Below, one piece after another: positions 9,290 to 18,590 of a stretch of DNA of 40,511 nt. The translations under genes and the position numbers were made by a program. Numbering within the stretch: the first letter of the stretch is position 1; every line of letters starts with the position of its first letter. Source of the stretch: Parcubacteria group bacterium GW2011_GWF2_45_11 (GTDB lineage Bacteria; Patescibacteriota; Patescibacteriia; UBA1558; UBA10009); NCBI GenBank assembly GCA_001001205.1, contig LCKE01000002.1, positions 1-40,511 on the forward strand, in the 5' to 3' direction. The notes under the pieces are model-generated. The model saw only the letters and a list, made by a program, of their open reading frames with translations. It was not told the origin of the DNA and did not search any database.

Positions 9290-10255
9290 ATGATGACAAT
9301 CAAGCAAATATACAACCTGGCCATTGAGCTCGGCATTAAAAACGATTTAAGGGGCCAAGCGATCATCAAGCGGAAGTTAAACCGTCTTAAAAAGCAGTAC
9401 GCGGAATTGAGCGAGGCCAAAAAAGCCGAATTTGATGCGGAAAAGCTAGCCAATCCTTTTTCTGATACCCGTTATTTTGGCGATCCTGACCAAAAGATTA
9501 AAAAAGTCATGGCCGGCATTGATATTGATACGGCCGAAATTTTGCTGGCTAAAGGGTTGAGTGATATTGATTTAGTCATCGCCCATCACCCTATCGGTTC
9601 GGCTTTAGCCGGCTTGCACGAAGTCATGGATTTGCAGGTGGAACTGATGGCCAAGTATGGCGTGCCGATCAACGTGGCGGAAAATTTAACTCACATCAGA
9701 ATGAGCGAGGTCAGCCGTGGCATTGCGCCGGTTAATCATTATAAAGTGGTGGACGCGGCCAGGCTGTTGAATCTGCCGGTGATGTGCGTGCATACCCCTT
9801 CGGACAATATGGTGGCCAATTTTCTAGATAAATACCTTAAGGCCAATAGACGTAAAATTGAAACCGTGGGCGACATTTTGGATTTATTGAAAAAGATTCC
9901 CGAATATAAAGAAGCCATCGCGCAAAAATCTGGGCCTCGACTCTTTTGCGGCAAGCCAGATCGTTACGTCGGCAAGATCGCTTTAACCGAAATCACCGGC
10001 GGCACCGAAGGCTCCAAAGAAATTTATCAGCATATCGCTCAGGCCGGCATCGGCACTATTGTGGGCATGCATATGAAAGAAGATAACCGCGAGGAAGCCG
10101 AAAAAGCCCATTTGAATATCGTCATCGCCGGCCACATGTCTTCCGATTCCATCGGTATGAATTTATTTCTGGATGAATTGGTTAAGCGGGGCATTGAGGT
10201 GGTGCCGTGTTCCGGGCTGATCAGGCATCCCCGGGTCAAGGGCCAGAAAAAATAA
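9290..10255 (+). CDS. NIF3/DUF34-like dinuclear metal-centre protein
   Basis: AGIDID, DLVIAHHP, HTPSDN, AGHMSSD motifs. Confidence 0.85.
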   Translation: MMTIKQIYNLAIELGIKNDLRGQAIIKRKLNRLKKQYAELSEAKKAEFDAEKLANPFSDTRYFGDPDQKIKKVMAGIDIDTAEILLAKGLSDIDLVIAHHPIGSALAGLHEVMDLQVELMAKYGVPINVAENLTHIRMSEVSRGIAPVNHYKVVDAARLLNLPVMCVHTPSDNMVANFLDKYLKANRRKIETVGDILDLLKKIPEYKEAIAQKSGPRLFCGKPDRYVGKIALTEITGGTEGSKEIYQHIAQAGIGTIVGMHMKEDNREEAEKAHLNIVIAGHMSSDSIGMNLFLDELVKRGIEVVPCSGLIRHPRVKGQKK

Positions 10256-10335
10256 TGTCTTCGTTGCGGCAGGCCGGATCGCGTGATCTGGTCTTTTGGT
10301 TTGTCATTTTTTTTAAATAGTGGTAAATTTTGATT

Positions 10336-11403
10336 ATGTCAGACAAAAAAATCATCATCTCTAAAGGTAATAATGCCGCCGCCGCGCCGTCAGCTTCTCT
10401 CAGGGCCGGGGTGGAGAAAGACGATAAGACTTTGGATTTAACCTTAAGGCCGGTAACGTTGTCGGAATATTTTGGCCAGCAAAAAATCAAGGATAATCTG
10501 GAGATTTTTATGAAAGCGGCCAGGCAACGGGGCGAGCCGATTGAACACGTGTTGTTATACGGACCGCCAGGTTTGGGCAAAACCACCTTAGCCCATATTA
10601 TCGCCAAAGAAATGCAGGTTAATATCCGGGTGACTTCCGGACCGGCCATTGAGCGGGCCGGCGATTTGGCGGCCATCCTGACCAATTTGCAGGACGGCGA
10701 GGTTTTATTTATTGATGAAATTCATCGTTTGAACAAAGTCATTGAAGAAGTCCTTTATCCGGCCATGGAAGATTACGCTTTGGACATTATCATCGGCAAA
10801 GGGCCTTCGGCCAGAACTTTGCGGCTGGATTTGCCCAAGTTTACCATCATCGGCGCTACCACCCGTTATAATTTACTGTCTTCGCCTTTAAGGGATCGTT
10901 TCGGCTCCACTTACCGTTTGGATTATTATAATCCCGGGGAAATTGAACAGATTATCAACCGGAGCGCCAAGATTCTGGCGGTTAAACTGGTTGAGGCCGC
11001 CGCTAAAAAGATCGCCCAGCGTTCACGCCTGACCCCCAGAATCGCCAATCGTCTGCTTAAGCGGGTTCGGGATTACGTTCAGGTTAAGGGCGACGGCGTT
11101 ATTAATGACCGGCTGGCTCAGGAAGCGCTGGCGCTGATGGACGTTGATCATCAGGGGCTGGAAGCTTTAGACCGGCGGATTTTGGAAAATATAATTGAAA
11201 AATTCAGCGGCGGCCCGGTCGGGCTGAATTCCATCGCCGCTTCGGTGCAGGAGGAAGAGGGCACGATTGAAGAAATTTATGAGCCTTATTTGCTGCAGTT
11301 GGGATTTTTAACTAGGACCCCCAGGGGCCGCGTGGTGACCGAACTGGGCTATAAGCATTTAGGGCTGGAAGCGCCGAAAGAATGGCAGAGTAAATTGATC
11401 TAA
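10336..11403 (+). CDS. ruvB: Holliday junction branch-migration helicase RuvB
   Basis: [40 protein letters not shown]. Confidence 0.98.
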   Translation: MSDKKIIISKGNNAAAAPSASLRAGVEKDDKTLDLTLRPVTLSEYFGQQKIKDNLEIFMKAARQRGEPIEHVLLYGPPGLGKTTLAHIIAKEMQVNIRVTSGPAIERAGDLAAILTNLQDGEVLFIDEIHRLNKVIEEVLYPAMEDYALDIIIGKGPSARTLRLDLPKFTIIGATTRYNLLSSPLRDRFGSTYRLDYYNPGEIEQIINRSAKILAVKLVEAAAKKIAQRSRLTPRIANRLLKRVRDYVQVKGDGVINDRLAQEALALMDVDHQGLEALDRRILENIIEKFSGGPVGLNSIAASVQEEEGTIEEIYEPYLLQLGFLTRTPRGRVVTELGYKHLGLEAPKEWQSKLI

Positions 11404-11450
11404 CTCTGCGATCTTGGGTCCCGGTTTACCGGGCCGGATAAAAAAACCAC

Positions 11451-11621
11451 CTACCAGACGAAAGTGCGATGTCTGATGGTGGTGTATATAAAATAGGGCG
11501 GTCTGATGACCGCGCGGATGATCATGACTATCATGGAATAGTCACGACCGGCAATCACCAAATCCGCCACCAAGTGCATGGCTGACAGGCCCAAATAAAC
11601 CAGGCCGAATATTGTCAACAT
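11451..11621 (-). CDS. Small hydrophobic protein (56 aa)
   Basis: MLTIFGLVYLGLSAMHLVADLVIAGRDYSMIVMIIRAVIRPPYFIYTTIRHRTFVW*; GGAGGG Shine-Dalgarno; 3' hairpin plus T run. Confidence 0.5.
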   Translation of the reverse strand: MLTIFGLVYLGLSAMHLVADLVIAGRDYSMIVMIIRAVIRPPYFIYTTIRHRTFVW

Positions 11622-11699
11622 CTTCCCTCCATTGAATTTTAATCTGGGTTCAAGTTTAAGTCAGCCTAATATATAAAAGCATTTTTGTCAATTGTTTAA

Positions 11700-12248
11700 A
11701 TGAAAAATGTTAAAATGAAAAAGCTGTTATTACATGTTTGCTGCGGGCCCTGCGCCATTTACGCGGCTCAGAAATTAAGAGAGGATTACGTCGTAAGCCT
11801 GTTTTTTTATAACCCCAATATTTATCCGGCGGAGGAGTATTATCAGCGTTTTGCCGCTGTTAAAAAATGGGCCGAGCGCGCCGGCTTGGAATTAATTGAA
11901 GGCCTGTTTAATCAGGCTGACTGGTTTAAGTCGGTTCAGGGCTTAGAAAGGGAGCCGGAAGGCGGCGCCCGCTGTCCCCTGTGTTTTCAGCTACGCCTGA
12001 ATGAAGCCTGCCGCTACGCCCAAAATAATGGCTTTGACGCGGTCGCCTCCACTTTAACTAGCGGCCGGAATAAAAAGGCCGCCATTATAAATCCTATCGG
12101 CGTTCAGGCGGCCAGCCAGCATGGCCTGGCATTTATTGAAGCTGACTGGAAAAAGCAAGGCGGGCAGGAGCAATCCTGCCGTTTGGCCAAAGCAGAAGAA
12201 ATGTATCGCCAGCATTATTGCGGCTGCCAATTTAGCCTTAATCGCTGA
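11700..12248 (+). CDS. queH: Epoxyqueuosine reductase QueH (DUF208); alternative start at 11715
   Basis: LLHVCCGPC, FYNPNIYP, RCPLCFQLRL, YRQHYCGCQFS; adjacent to queA. Confidence 0.93.
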   Translation: MKNVKMKKLLLHVCCGPCAIYAAQKLREDYVVSLFFYNPNIYPAEEYYQRFAAVKKWAERAGLELIEGLFNQADWFKSVQGLEREPEGGARCPLCFQLRLNEACRYAQNNGFDAVASTLTSGRNKKAAIINPIGVQAASQHGLAFIEADWKKQGGQEQSCRLAKAEEMYRQHYCGCQFSLNR

Positions 12249-12278
12249 GATGATGGCCGCGGCCGTTTTTTATTTTTT

Positions 12279-13379
12279 ATGAAATTATCCGACTTTAATT
12301 ATCAATTGCCCCAAGAATTAATCGCTCAACAGCCGGCCAGGCCGAGGGATCATTCTCGACTGATGGTGCTTGACCGGCGGTCAAAAAAAATTGAGCATAA
12401 AGCCTTTTATAATATTGTAGATTATTTACGATCCGGCGATGTTTTGGTGCTGAATGATACCAAAGTTTTTCCGGCGAGATTGATTGGTTATCGTGAAAAA
12501 ACTGGCGGGCGAGTGGAAATATTTCTTTTAAAAAGAAGCAAATTAGAAACACCGGGAACCGGACAGGAACCGAAATTAAAAATAAAAAAGTCAAGGGAGA
12601 CATGGGAAGCACTCATAGGAAATCGCCGGAAAAGGGTTGGTCAAATAATCGTGTTTGCTAAAGGATTGAAATGCGAGATCATCGGGCAGGTTGATCAGTC
12701 GGTCTGGCTGGTGGAATTTAATAAGTCAGGCAGGGTCCTGGAGAGGCTAATTGATGAGTTAGGAGAAGTGCCGACGCCGCCTTACATAAAAGAACCAAAA
12801 AACAAAAGAACCAAAAAATTAAAATCAGATTACCAGACTGTCTACGCCAAGAACACCGGATCGGTGGCGGCGCCCACGGCCGGCTTTCATTTTACCGTCG
12901 CTTTGATTAATAAACTTAAAAAAAGAGGGGTACAATTTGAATTTGTAACACTACATGTTGGCCTGGGAACTTTTGCGCCGGTTAAAATCCAGAATATAAA
13001 GGAGCATAAGATGCACGCCGAATTTGCCGCGCTCTCTGCCTTAACGGCCAAAAGATTGAATCGGGCCAAAAAAGAAGGCCGGCGAATCATTGCGGTGGGC
13101 ACAACCTCCGTTAGAACTTTGGAAGCTTTTTGCGATAAAGCCAACAACCTCAAAGCCGGCCGCCGCTGGGTTGATATTTTTATTTATCCGGGCTATAAGT
13201 TTAAGGCGGTGGACGGATTAGTGACTAATTTTCATCTGCCAGAGTCAACCTTAATGATGCTGGTTTCGGCCTTTGCCCGCCCTCAGGCCGGGCATCAACT
13301 GATCAGCAAAGCGTATCAGTCGGCCGTCAAAGAGCGTTATCGCTTTTATTCTTTCGGCGACGCTATGTTTATTATATAG
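12279..13379 (+). CDS. queA: S-adenosylmethionine:tRNA ribosyltransferase-isomerase
   Basis: LPQELIAQ, NDTKV.PARL, PPYI, YQTVYA, GSVAAPTAG.HF, VGTTSVRTLE, YRFYSFGDAM. Confidence 0.97.
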   Translation: MKLSDFNYQLPQELIAQQPARPRDHSRLMVLDRRSKKIEHKAFYNIVDYLRSGDVLVLNDTKVFPARLIGYREKTGGRVEIFLLKRSKLETPGTGQEPKLKIKKSRETWEALIGNRRKRVGQIIVFAKGLKCEIIGQVDQSVWLVEFNKSGRVLERLIDELGEVPTPPYIKEPKNKRTKKLKSDYQTVYAKNTGSVAAPTAGFHFTVALINKLKKRGVQFEFVTLHVGLGTFAPVKIQNIKEHKMHAEFAALSALTAKRLNRAKKEGRRIIAVGTTSVRTLEAFCDKANNLKAGRRWVDIFIYPGYKFKAVDGLVTNFHLPESTLMMLVSAFARPQAGHQLISKAYQSAVKERYRFYSFGDAMFII

Positions 13380-13439
13380 TAAATCACGCTAGATTTAGCC
13401 AACGGGCCATTAGTCTGACGTGTAAAAGTTAAATAATAT

Positions 13440-13949
13440 ATGGATTTAGGCACACATTTGTTTACCGGAGTGGTGGCCGCCAGTTTTTGGCCCGGCCTGG
13501 ATTTGCGGCAGAAAATTTTGGTGGTTTTATTTGCGATTTTGCCGGACAGCTTTGAATGGCTACATCAGCTGGCCAGAAAGCATTACGATAACGACGGTCA
13601 TTTAGTGGCTGAAGATTATAACCGCTTGTCCAAAAAGATTGAGGGCCATTGGTATTTATGGCCTTATAATTTTTTTCATAATCTTTTTGGACCGTTGATT
13701 TTTTTGGTCTGTTCAGTTTATTATAATTGGACTTTAGCGTACAGCCTGATGTGGTTATCACACTTATTATGGGATTTGCCTTCTCATAAGATTAAACTGG
13801 GTTTAAAATTGTGGTGGCCGTTTTATCAAAAGAGAATTCACGGTTTTTTTGACTGGTGGCTGGTAAAATTTTTTAGGGGCTGGGAACTTTTAGGCTATTG
13901 GGCTATTTTAACGATTATGTCCGTTATTTTAATTAGAAGTTTCTGGTAG
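13440..13949 (+). CDS. Membrane metal-dependent hydrolase (YdjM/DUF457-like)
   Basis: TH..G, LPD, FFH, SHLLWD and G..LWWP motifs with several TM segments. Confidence 0.75.
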   Translation: MDLGTHLFTGVVAASFWPGLDLRQKILVVLFAILPDSFEWLHQLARKHYDNDGHLVAEDYNRLSKKIEGHWYLWPYNFFHNLFGPLIFLVCSVYYNWTLAYSLMWLSHLLWDLPSHKIKLGLKLWWPFYQKRIHGFFDWWLVKFFRGWELLGYWAILTIMSVILIRSFW

Positions 13950-14195
13950 GCCATTGTTTATTCTAGAAGTTGCCCAGCGCAGGTTGCCTGATATAACAGC
14001 GGTATTTTAATTTTCGTCCGACATATTTTTTATAACAAAAACCCTGCATTAGAAGCAGAGGTTTTTGTTTTTGTTTTTGTCGAGCTTAAGCTCGATGGAG
14101 CAGTCGTTGTTAATGATTCGTTTAATGGATAGTCAAACGAATTTCCAAAGCTTGAAGCGTTTATGCTTTGGAAAAATATTAATCCCTTTTTATCT

Positions 14196-14248
14196 CCGCA
14201 CCACTTTTTGTCTCCATCAGGGATCATTAGAGACAAAAAGTGGTGCGG
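14196..14248. repeat. Perfect 19-bp inverted repeat in a structured intergenic region
   Basis: CCGCACCACTTTTTGTCTC-15 nt-GAGACAAAAAGTGGTGCGG. Confidence 0.9.
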
Positions 14249-14382
14249 GACTTGATTGTTTGTCCTGGTTTTTTAGCCAAGACACAAGGTTGGTCAACGA
14301 GATGCTCGTTTAATTGTGCAAAGAACATTATTTCAAATCGATTTGTCGTTTTGAAATAATCTTTTTTGGCAATCAAAAAAGG

Positions 14383-14586
14383 CTATTCCATAAGATAGCC
14401 ATCCTCTAGCAAATTGGTGGTTTGATTTTGCTTAATCTCTTGCGGCAGTTCAGGCAGAGTTTCCGCTTCAACCCGGTGGGACTGTTCAAATGATTGTGAG
14501 GCTAGAGTCATCAATTCAGCGGCGCCGATAACAATCAGGAAACAGATCACTAGATACAAAAAAATGTGCGTTTTTTTATTTTTCAT
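14383..14586 (-). CDS. Small membrane-anchored or secreted protein (67 aa)
   Basis: MKNKKTHIFLYLVICFLIVIGAA...: basic N-terminus plus hydrophobic helix; ATG at 14586 preferred over 14667. Confidence 0.6.
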   Translation of the reverse strand: MKNKKTHIFLYLVICFLIVIGAAELMTLASQSFEQSHRVEAETLPELPQEIKQNQTTNLLEDGYLME

Positions 14587-14687
14587 TTTTATTTTTGTTG
14601 AGCTAAGCTCGATTTGTCTGGCTTTAGCTGGATTTGGCCCAGACAGACTTTTTGTTTTTAGGGGCATTTTTAATGCCTTCTAAAGAT

Positions 14688-14716
14688 AGTTTAGCATATT
14701 TTTTTAGGTTTGTCAA
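14688..14716 (-). promoter_or_regulatory. sigma70-type promoter
   Basis: TTGACA-17 nt-(TG)TAAACT on the minus strand. Confidence 0.65.
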
Positions 14717-14782
14717 TTAAAAAAAGGCCGGTCATTTTCTTGACGGGCCTTTTATGTTTAAATTTTCCCAGTTAAACTCCAT

Positions 14783-17029
14783 TTATTCAATATCGGCGAG
14801 AGTGGAGAGATCGGCATCAGAAACGCCTAAACTTTGGTGGCGCATAATTTCATAAGCTTTATTGCCATCCGGCATATAGGTCACTGTGCCGTTAGGGTTG
14901 ACAAAATAAGCTTCACCATGAGCCTTGACTCTAAGGACAATCCGTCCGGCTAAACGCTGGCGGAGTTCCTGACCTTTTACGGTCCCACTCATTAATTCCA
15001 GAAAATCAGCTTCATTAATGCCCAGGCCTTCTTGTCTCATTAATTCATAGGCCGAAGAACCGTCTTTTAAGTATAAAACCTTTTGGGTTTTAGGCGACAC
15101 GTAAAATGCCTCGCCCTTGCCTTCGGCTTTGAGGATGATTTTGCCTTCCAGACGATCATAAAGGTTTTTGGCTTTCGTATCAGCTTTAGGTTCGTAAACT
15201 TCAATTTTTTCCGTTTTTTCCATTTGTTGGTCGGCAGTATTTTGCTCAACCGGCGTGTCAGTTTGGCAGGCATTAGAAGTATTCTCGCAATAATTTATTG
15301 GCTGATTTGGGCTAACTTCCGTAACTTTGGCGCAGTAATGATCAAAGGTGAATAGATAACCGCGGCCTTCTTCATTATCAATGGCGCAAACTTTTTCAGT
15401 TTCGTTATTGTAGAGTTGATAACTCAGTAAACCTTTTTTGATGTCAAAATAATTAAGATCAGAGCAAGGAGTCAGGTCAACCTGACAGGCCAAATTGGTT
15501 GTCTGGGTGTAAGTGTTATTGGCGTAAATTGTGATGTTGTCGTTATAATTTGTTTCTTTGGCATTAACATTTGGCTGAAGATCAAGCGAAAGATACATGG
15601 TATCCATTTGTGAGGTGGTAGCTTGAAAATTAGCGGTAGAACAGATTTCCTCTTCCACGCTTACGCCCGGTTGATAGGTTAACGTATTGGCGGCAAAGCT
15701 ATGGCCGCAAGCGATGACGCCTAGTTGGTCAGTTGTGGCTTTTCCGTTAGTGTCAAGAGTAAGGTATTTGTTGGTGCTTTGCCAGGTTACATTGAGATAA
15801 GGTTTATCTTGACTGCTGACGGTAACAGGGCCTTGCCCGATATTGGTCACCGTGGCCCAAACTCTGACACGGTCCCCGGCCTGAGGTTTGGCTGGTTCCA
15901 GGCGAACCTTGGAAATAATTAAATTGCCCATTTCAGCATTTACGCTTGAAGACGGTTGAGTGATATTTAACCCTGCAACTTGAAACCAATAAGTATAAGT
16001 AACCTGTCTGGCTACGCCATAAGTTTTGGCGCAATAAGATTTATCCAGACCGCAGTATAAGGAAACCTCCAGGCGATAAAGACCGGTGGTAAAAGGCCCG
16101 ATTGGTCCGGTTGTCCAATAGCCATTGTTATATTCGGTATTGCCTCCGTAAACTGTCTTGGCATCGGTGTAAACCTCTTTTTCCGTGAATTTAGTAACAT
16201 ATGCCTGCATGGAGAATCCTTTAGTCTGCATAGCTAAGGAGCCGTTTTTTTCCAGGGCTTTAATGGTTAAGTTAAAGCTTTCATCAGTGCCATACGTTTG
16301 TTTGACACCTTCAATATTCATGCTGAAGGGTATTTCCGTTTCGCCGTCAGTATCTATTATTTCCGGTTCGTTTTGGCCGGAAGTATCAGACGATTGATTA
16401 TCATTGGCGTTAACAGTTTTACATTCGCCGCGATAGTCAATTACCGCCTGGCGTTGCGAGGCGAGGCAACTATTAGAGTAGGTTTTGCCATCCGTGCCGC
16501 AGACTGGGTCATAATCCGTGGTGCAAGCCGAAGCTTCATTTTGGCTTGCCGTTGGCGCGGTTAATGTTTGATTATTTTCCTTGACCTCCACTTTTTTGAC
16601 TAAACTGTTATTATTTTCATCAGACTCTTTAGTGGCATTATATATGTCCGCGCTGGCGGTTATTTCATAAGATCCGGGTTTAATCAAATCAGTTTTTATG
16701 TATGCCACCTCTCCCGGTTTAAGTCCATTTTTATTAAATAACTGGCCGCCATACCATGTTTTACCGGAGAGTTTATCGATCGCTTTGACCCAGATGGTGC
16801 TATAGGTGGTTTCCGTGCCGATATTTTTCAGAGCAACTTTCAAATAAAACGCGCCTGTAAGATGATCTGTTAGTTCAGTAGCCTGAACATCATAGATAAT
16901 CAAATCGGCTAGGCCCATACTATCATCAGTATCCTCGGCTTGAGTGTTGACAGAAGCCAAAACGTCCCCCGAGATCATAAAAGAAAACATAATGACAGAA
17001 ATAATCAGGAATTTTTTAAGTTTTTTCAT
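14783..17029 (-). CDS. Secreted/surface protein with two CARDB-like Ig domains, a Kazal-type domain and a duplicated CPR-type C-terminal repeat
   Basis: Signal peptide; ADL.I..V.LKNIG..ESDENNN and NL.I..V.NIG..ETNYNDN; CTTDYDPVCGTDGKTYSNSC..GEC; two RL.G.I.L....GEA.YV.P..Y..DG..AY..MR..LG repeats. Confidence 0.85.
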   Translation of the reverse strand: MKKLKKFLIISVIMFSFMISGDVLASVNTQAEDTDDSMGLADLIIYDVQATELTDHLTGAFYLKVALKNIGTETTYSTIWVKAIDKLSGKTWYGGQLFNKNGLKPGEVAYIKTDLIKPGSYEITASADIYNATKESDENNNSLVKKVEVKENNQTLTAPTASQNEASACTTDYDPVCGTDGKTYSNSCLASQRQAVIDYRGECKTVNANDNQSSDTSGQNEPEIIDTDGETEIPFSMNIEGVKQTYGTDESFNLTIKALEKNGSLAMQTKGFSMQAYVTKFTEKEVYTDAKTVYGGNTEYNNGYWTTGPIGPFTTGLYRLEVSLYCGLDKSYCAKTYGVARQVTYTYWFQVAGLNITQPSSSVNAEMGNLIISKVRLEPAKPQAGDRVRVWATVTNIGQGPVTVSSQDKPYLNVTWQSTNKYLTLDTNGKATTDQLGVIACGHSFAANTLTYQPGVSVEEEICSTANFQATTSQMDTMYLSLDLQPNVNAKETNYNDNITIYANNTYTQTTNLACQVDLTPCSDLNYFDIKKGLLSYQLYNNETEKVCAIDNEEGRGYLFTFDHYCAKVTEVSPNQPINYCENTSNACQTDTPVEQNTADQQMEKTEKIEVYEPKADTKAKNLYDRLEGKIILKAEGKGEAFYVSPKTQKVLYLKDGSSAYELMRQEGLGINEADFLELMSGTVKGQELRQRLAGRIVLRVKAHGEAYFVNPNGTVTYMPDGNKAYEIMRHQSLGVSDADLSTLADIE

Positions 17030-17265
17030 AATTTTTTAAATTAATTAAGTTTAACTTTTTTATTAAACCTGTTGCTTAATAATAATTTTATTGAATCATC
17101 CGCTTCCATGAATTCTGTGATTCTCAGTTCTTGGAGATATGGTAATTCTAGAGTCCGTTGGAAATGAGCACCGCTTGGCCATCACAATCCTCAAGCTTGT
17201 TGCGGAATACATCGGCGGTGATCCAAAACCTCTTAATTCTGCCGATTGCGTGCTCTACTAATAAA

Positions 17266-17294
17266 TATAACGCACGGACAGGAAAAATATTTCA
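17266..17294 (-). promoter_or_regulatory. ECF sigma-type promoter upstream of the surface protein gene
   Basis: TGAAATATTTTT-cctgtccgt-GCGTTATA; same conserved blocks as the site at 19170-19198. Confidence 0.75.
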
Positions 17295-17295
17295 T

Positions 17296-18587
17296 TTATG
17301 ATTTTGGGCTTAACCAGTCAAAAAGCGAGGATTTTTTAAGGACATAAAAAGTGACTTCGGTAGTCTGACAGCCTGATTGTTCGCTTAATACTTTTTTTTC
17401 GTAAGCCAGAGTCGTTTCATCCAATACTAGCATTAATTTTTTATACTGATCTCCGGTAGTGTTGATCTTAATCGTGACTTGTTTGGCCGCCGAGTTGATT
17501 TGTTTTATTTGGATGCCGAGATCGCCGATAATTTTTTCGGACTGTTTTTGGATATTTAAAATATCTTTACCGTAAACAATAATTTCCATTTTATTTTGGC
17601 AGCCGGCGGCGGTAGGCTGGGCGGCTTGTTTCTCCGGCGGAGGGCTAACCAAAGTTTCGGTCGCCCAAACCGGCGTTACTTTAAGTTCCGCGGGCTCTGA
17701 GGCCGAAGGTTGTGGGCTGACCGACAGCTGGTAGTCAGCAGCCGGCCGAGTTGGCGGGACTGTTTCTTTGAGCTTAATTTCAGACTCTGCCGCTTTGGCG
17801 GTTTGGGCAGGTTCAGGTTGCTTAGCCGGTTCATTTTTAAGAAAATTATCATGAGCAAAATCTGCCGATTGTGTTTGGTCCGGCGCAGTCGGTGATAGGT
17901 TTTTTATTTGTGTCTGATAAATGACGGGCTCTTGGCTGGGCGCGGGCTGGGCTGACTGTGTTTCCGCGGCCGGAGTTTTTTTATAGGCTAATTTTGCCGA
18001 TCCCGTAACTTGATTGCCGGTTTTATCTGACGACAAATCGTTGGGTCCCGCGGGGCTCGTTGGTGTTTCCTGAGACAGCAGGTAGTTGACTTCCCAAATC
18101 AGCCGTTGGCGTTCGTCATCCGTCATGGTTTCAAAAACTATTTTTTTAGACTCGAGTTTAACCGAGGCGTCGTCCGGTTGGCCCGCCTGATTGCCTGGAC
18201 GATTATTGGTTTTATCGGCGGCAACCGTTAGGCCGGTTATTTTTTTTACCCCCTCAGTCACGGTTTCGGCCGCCAGTTTAACTTGTTGGCTCACGGCCGG
18301 CACGGCCGTGGTCTTAATATATTGATACGGTTTAATGTCCACGCCAACATATTCAGCGGCTTCAGCCAGCATCACCAGCAATAACAAAGTGGCCGGCGTG
18401 GTCAGCCAGAGCCATTTTAAGGAAAAGATTTTTTAGATTTTGGCTCAGGCTTGGCCAAAGCTTGCTGCTTTAATTTCAATGCCAAAGCCAATTTAAAATC
18501 ATCATTCCCGCGGTTAAGCGCCCGGCCGAGTTTGCGGAGGTCATTAATCAAAAGCTGGTTTTTATTTTTTTCGTTGAGCAAATCCAT
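17296..18587 (-). pseudogene. Putative membrane anti-sigma factor split by a 1-nt frameshift
   Basis: ATG at 18587, 3 nt after the sigma stop, gives a 56-aa ORF ending ...KSKKSFP*. One extra A in the A6 run (18429-18434) joins it to IFSLKWLWLTTPATLLLLVML and ORF 17296..18387, giving 430 aa. Confidence 0.7.
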
Positions 18588-18590
18588 ATT

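Noticed and set aside
14030-14313. ORFs 14030..14236(-) and 14065..14313(+)
   Set aside because: TTG-type or weak starts, no protein motifs, and they run through strong hairpins and simple repeats.
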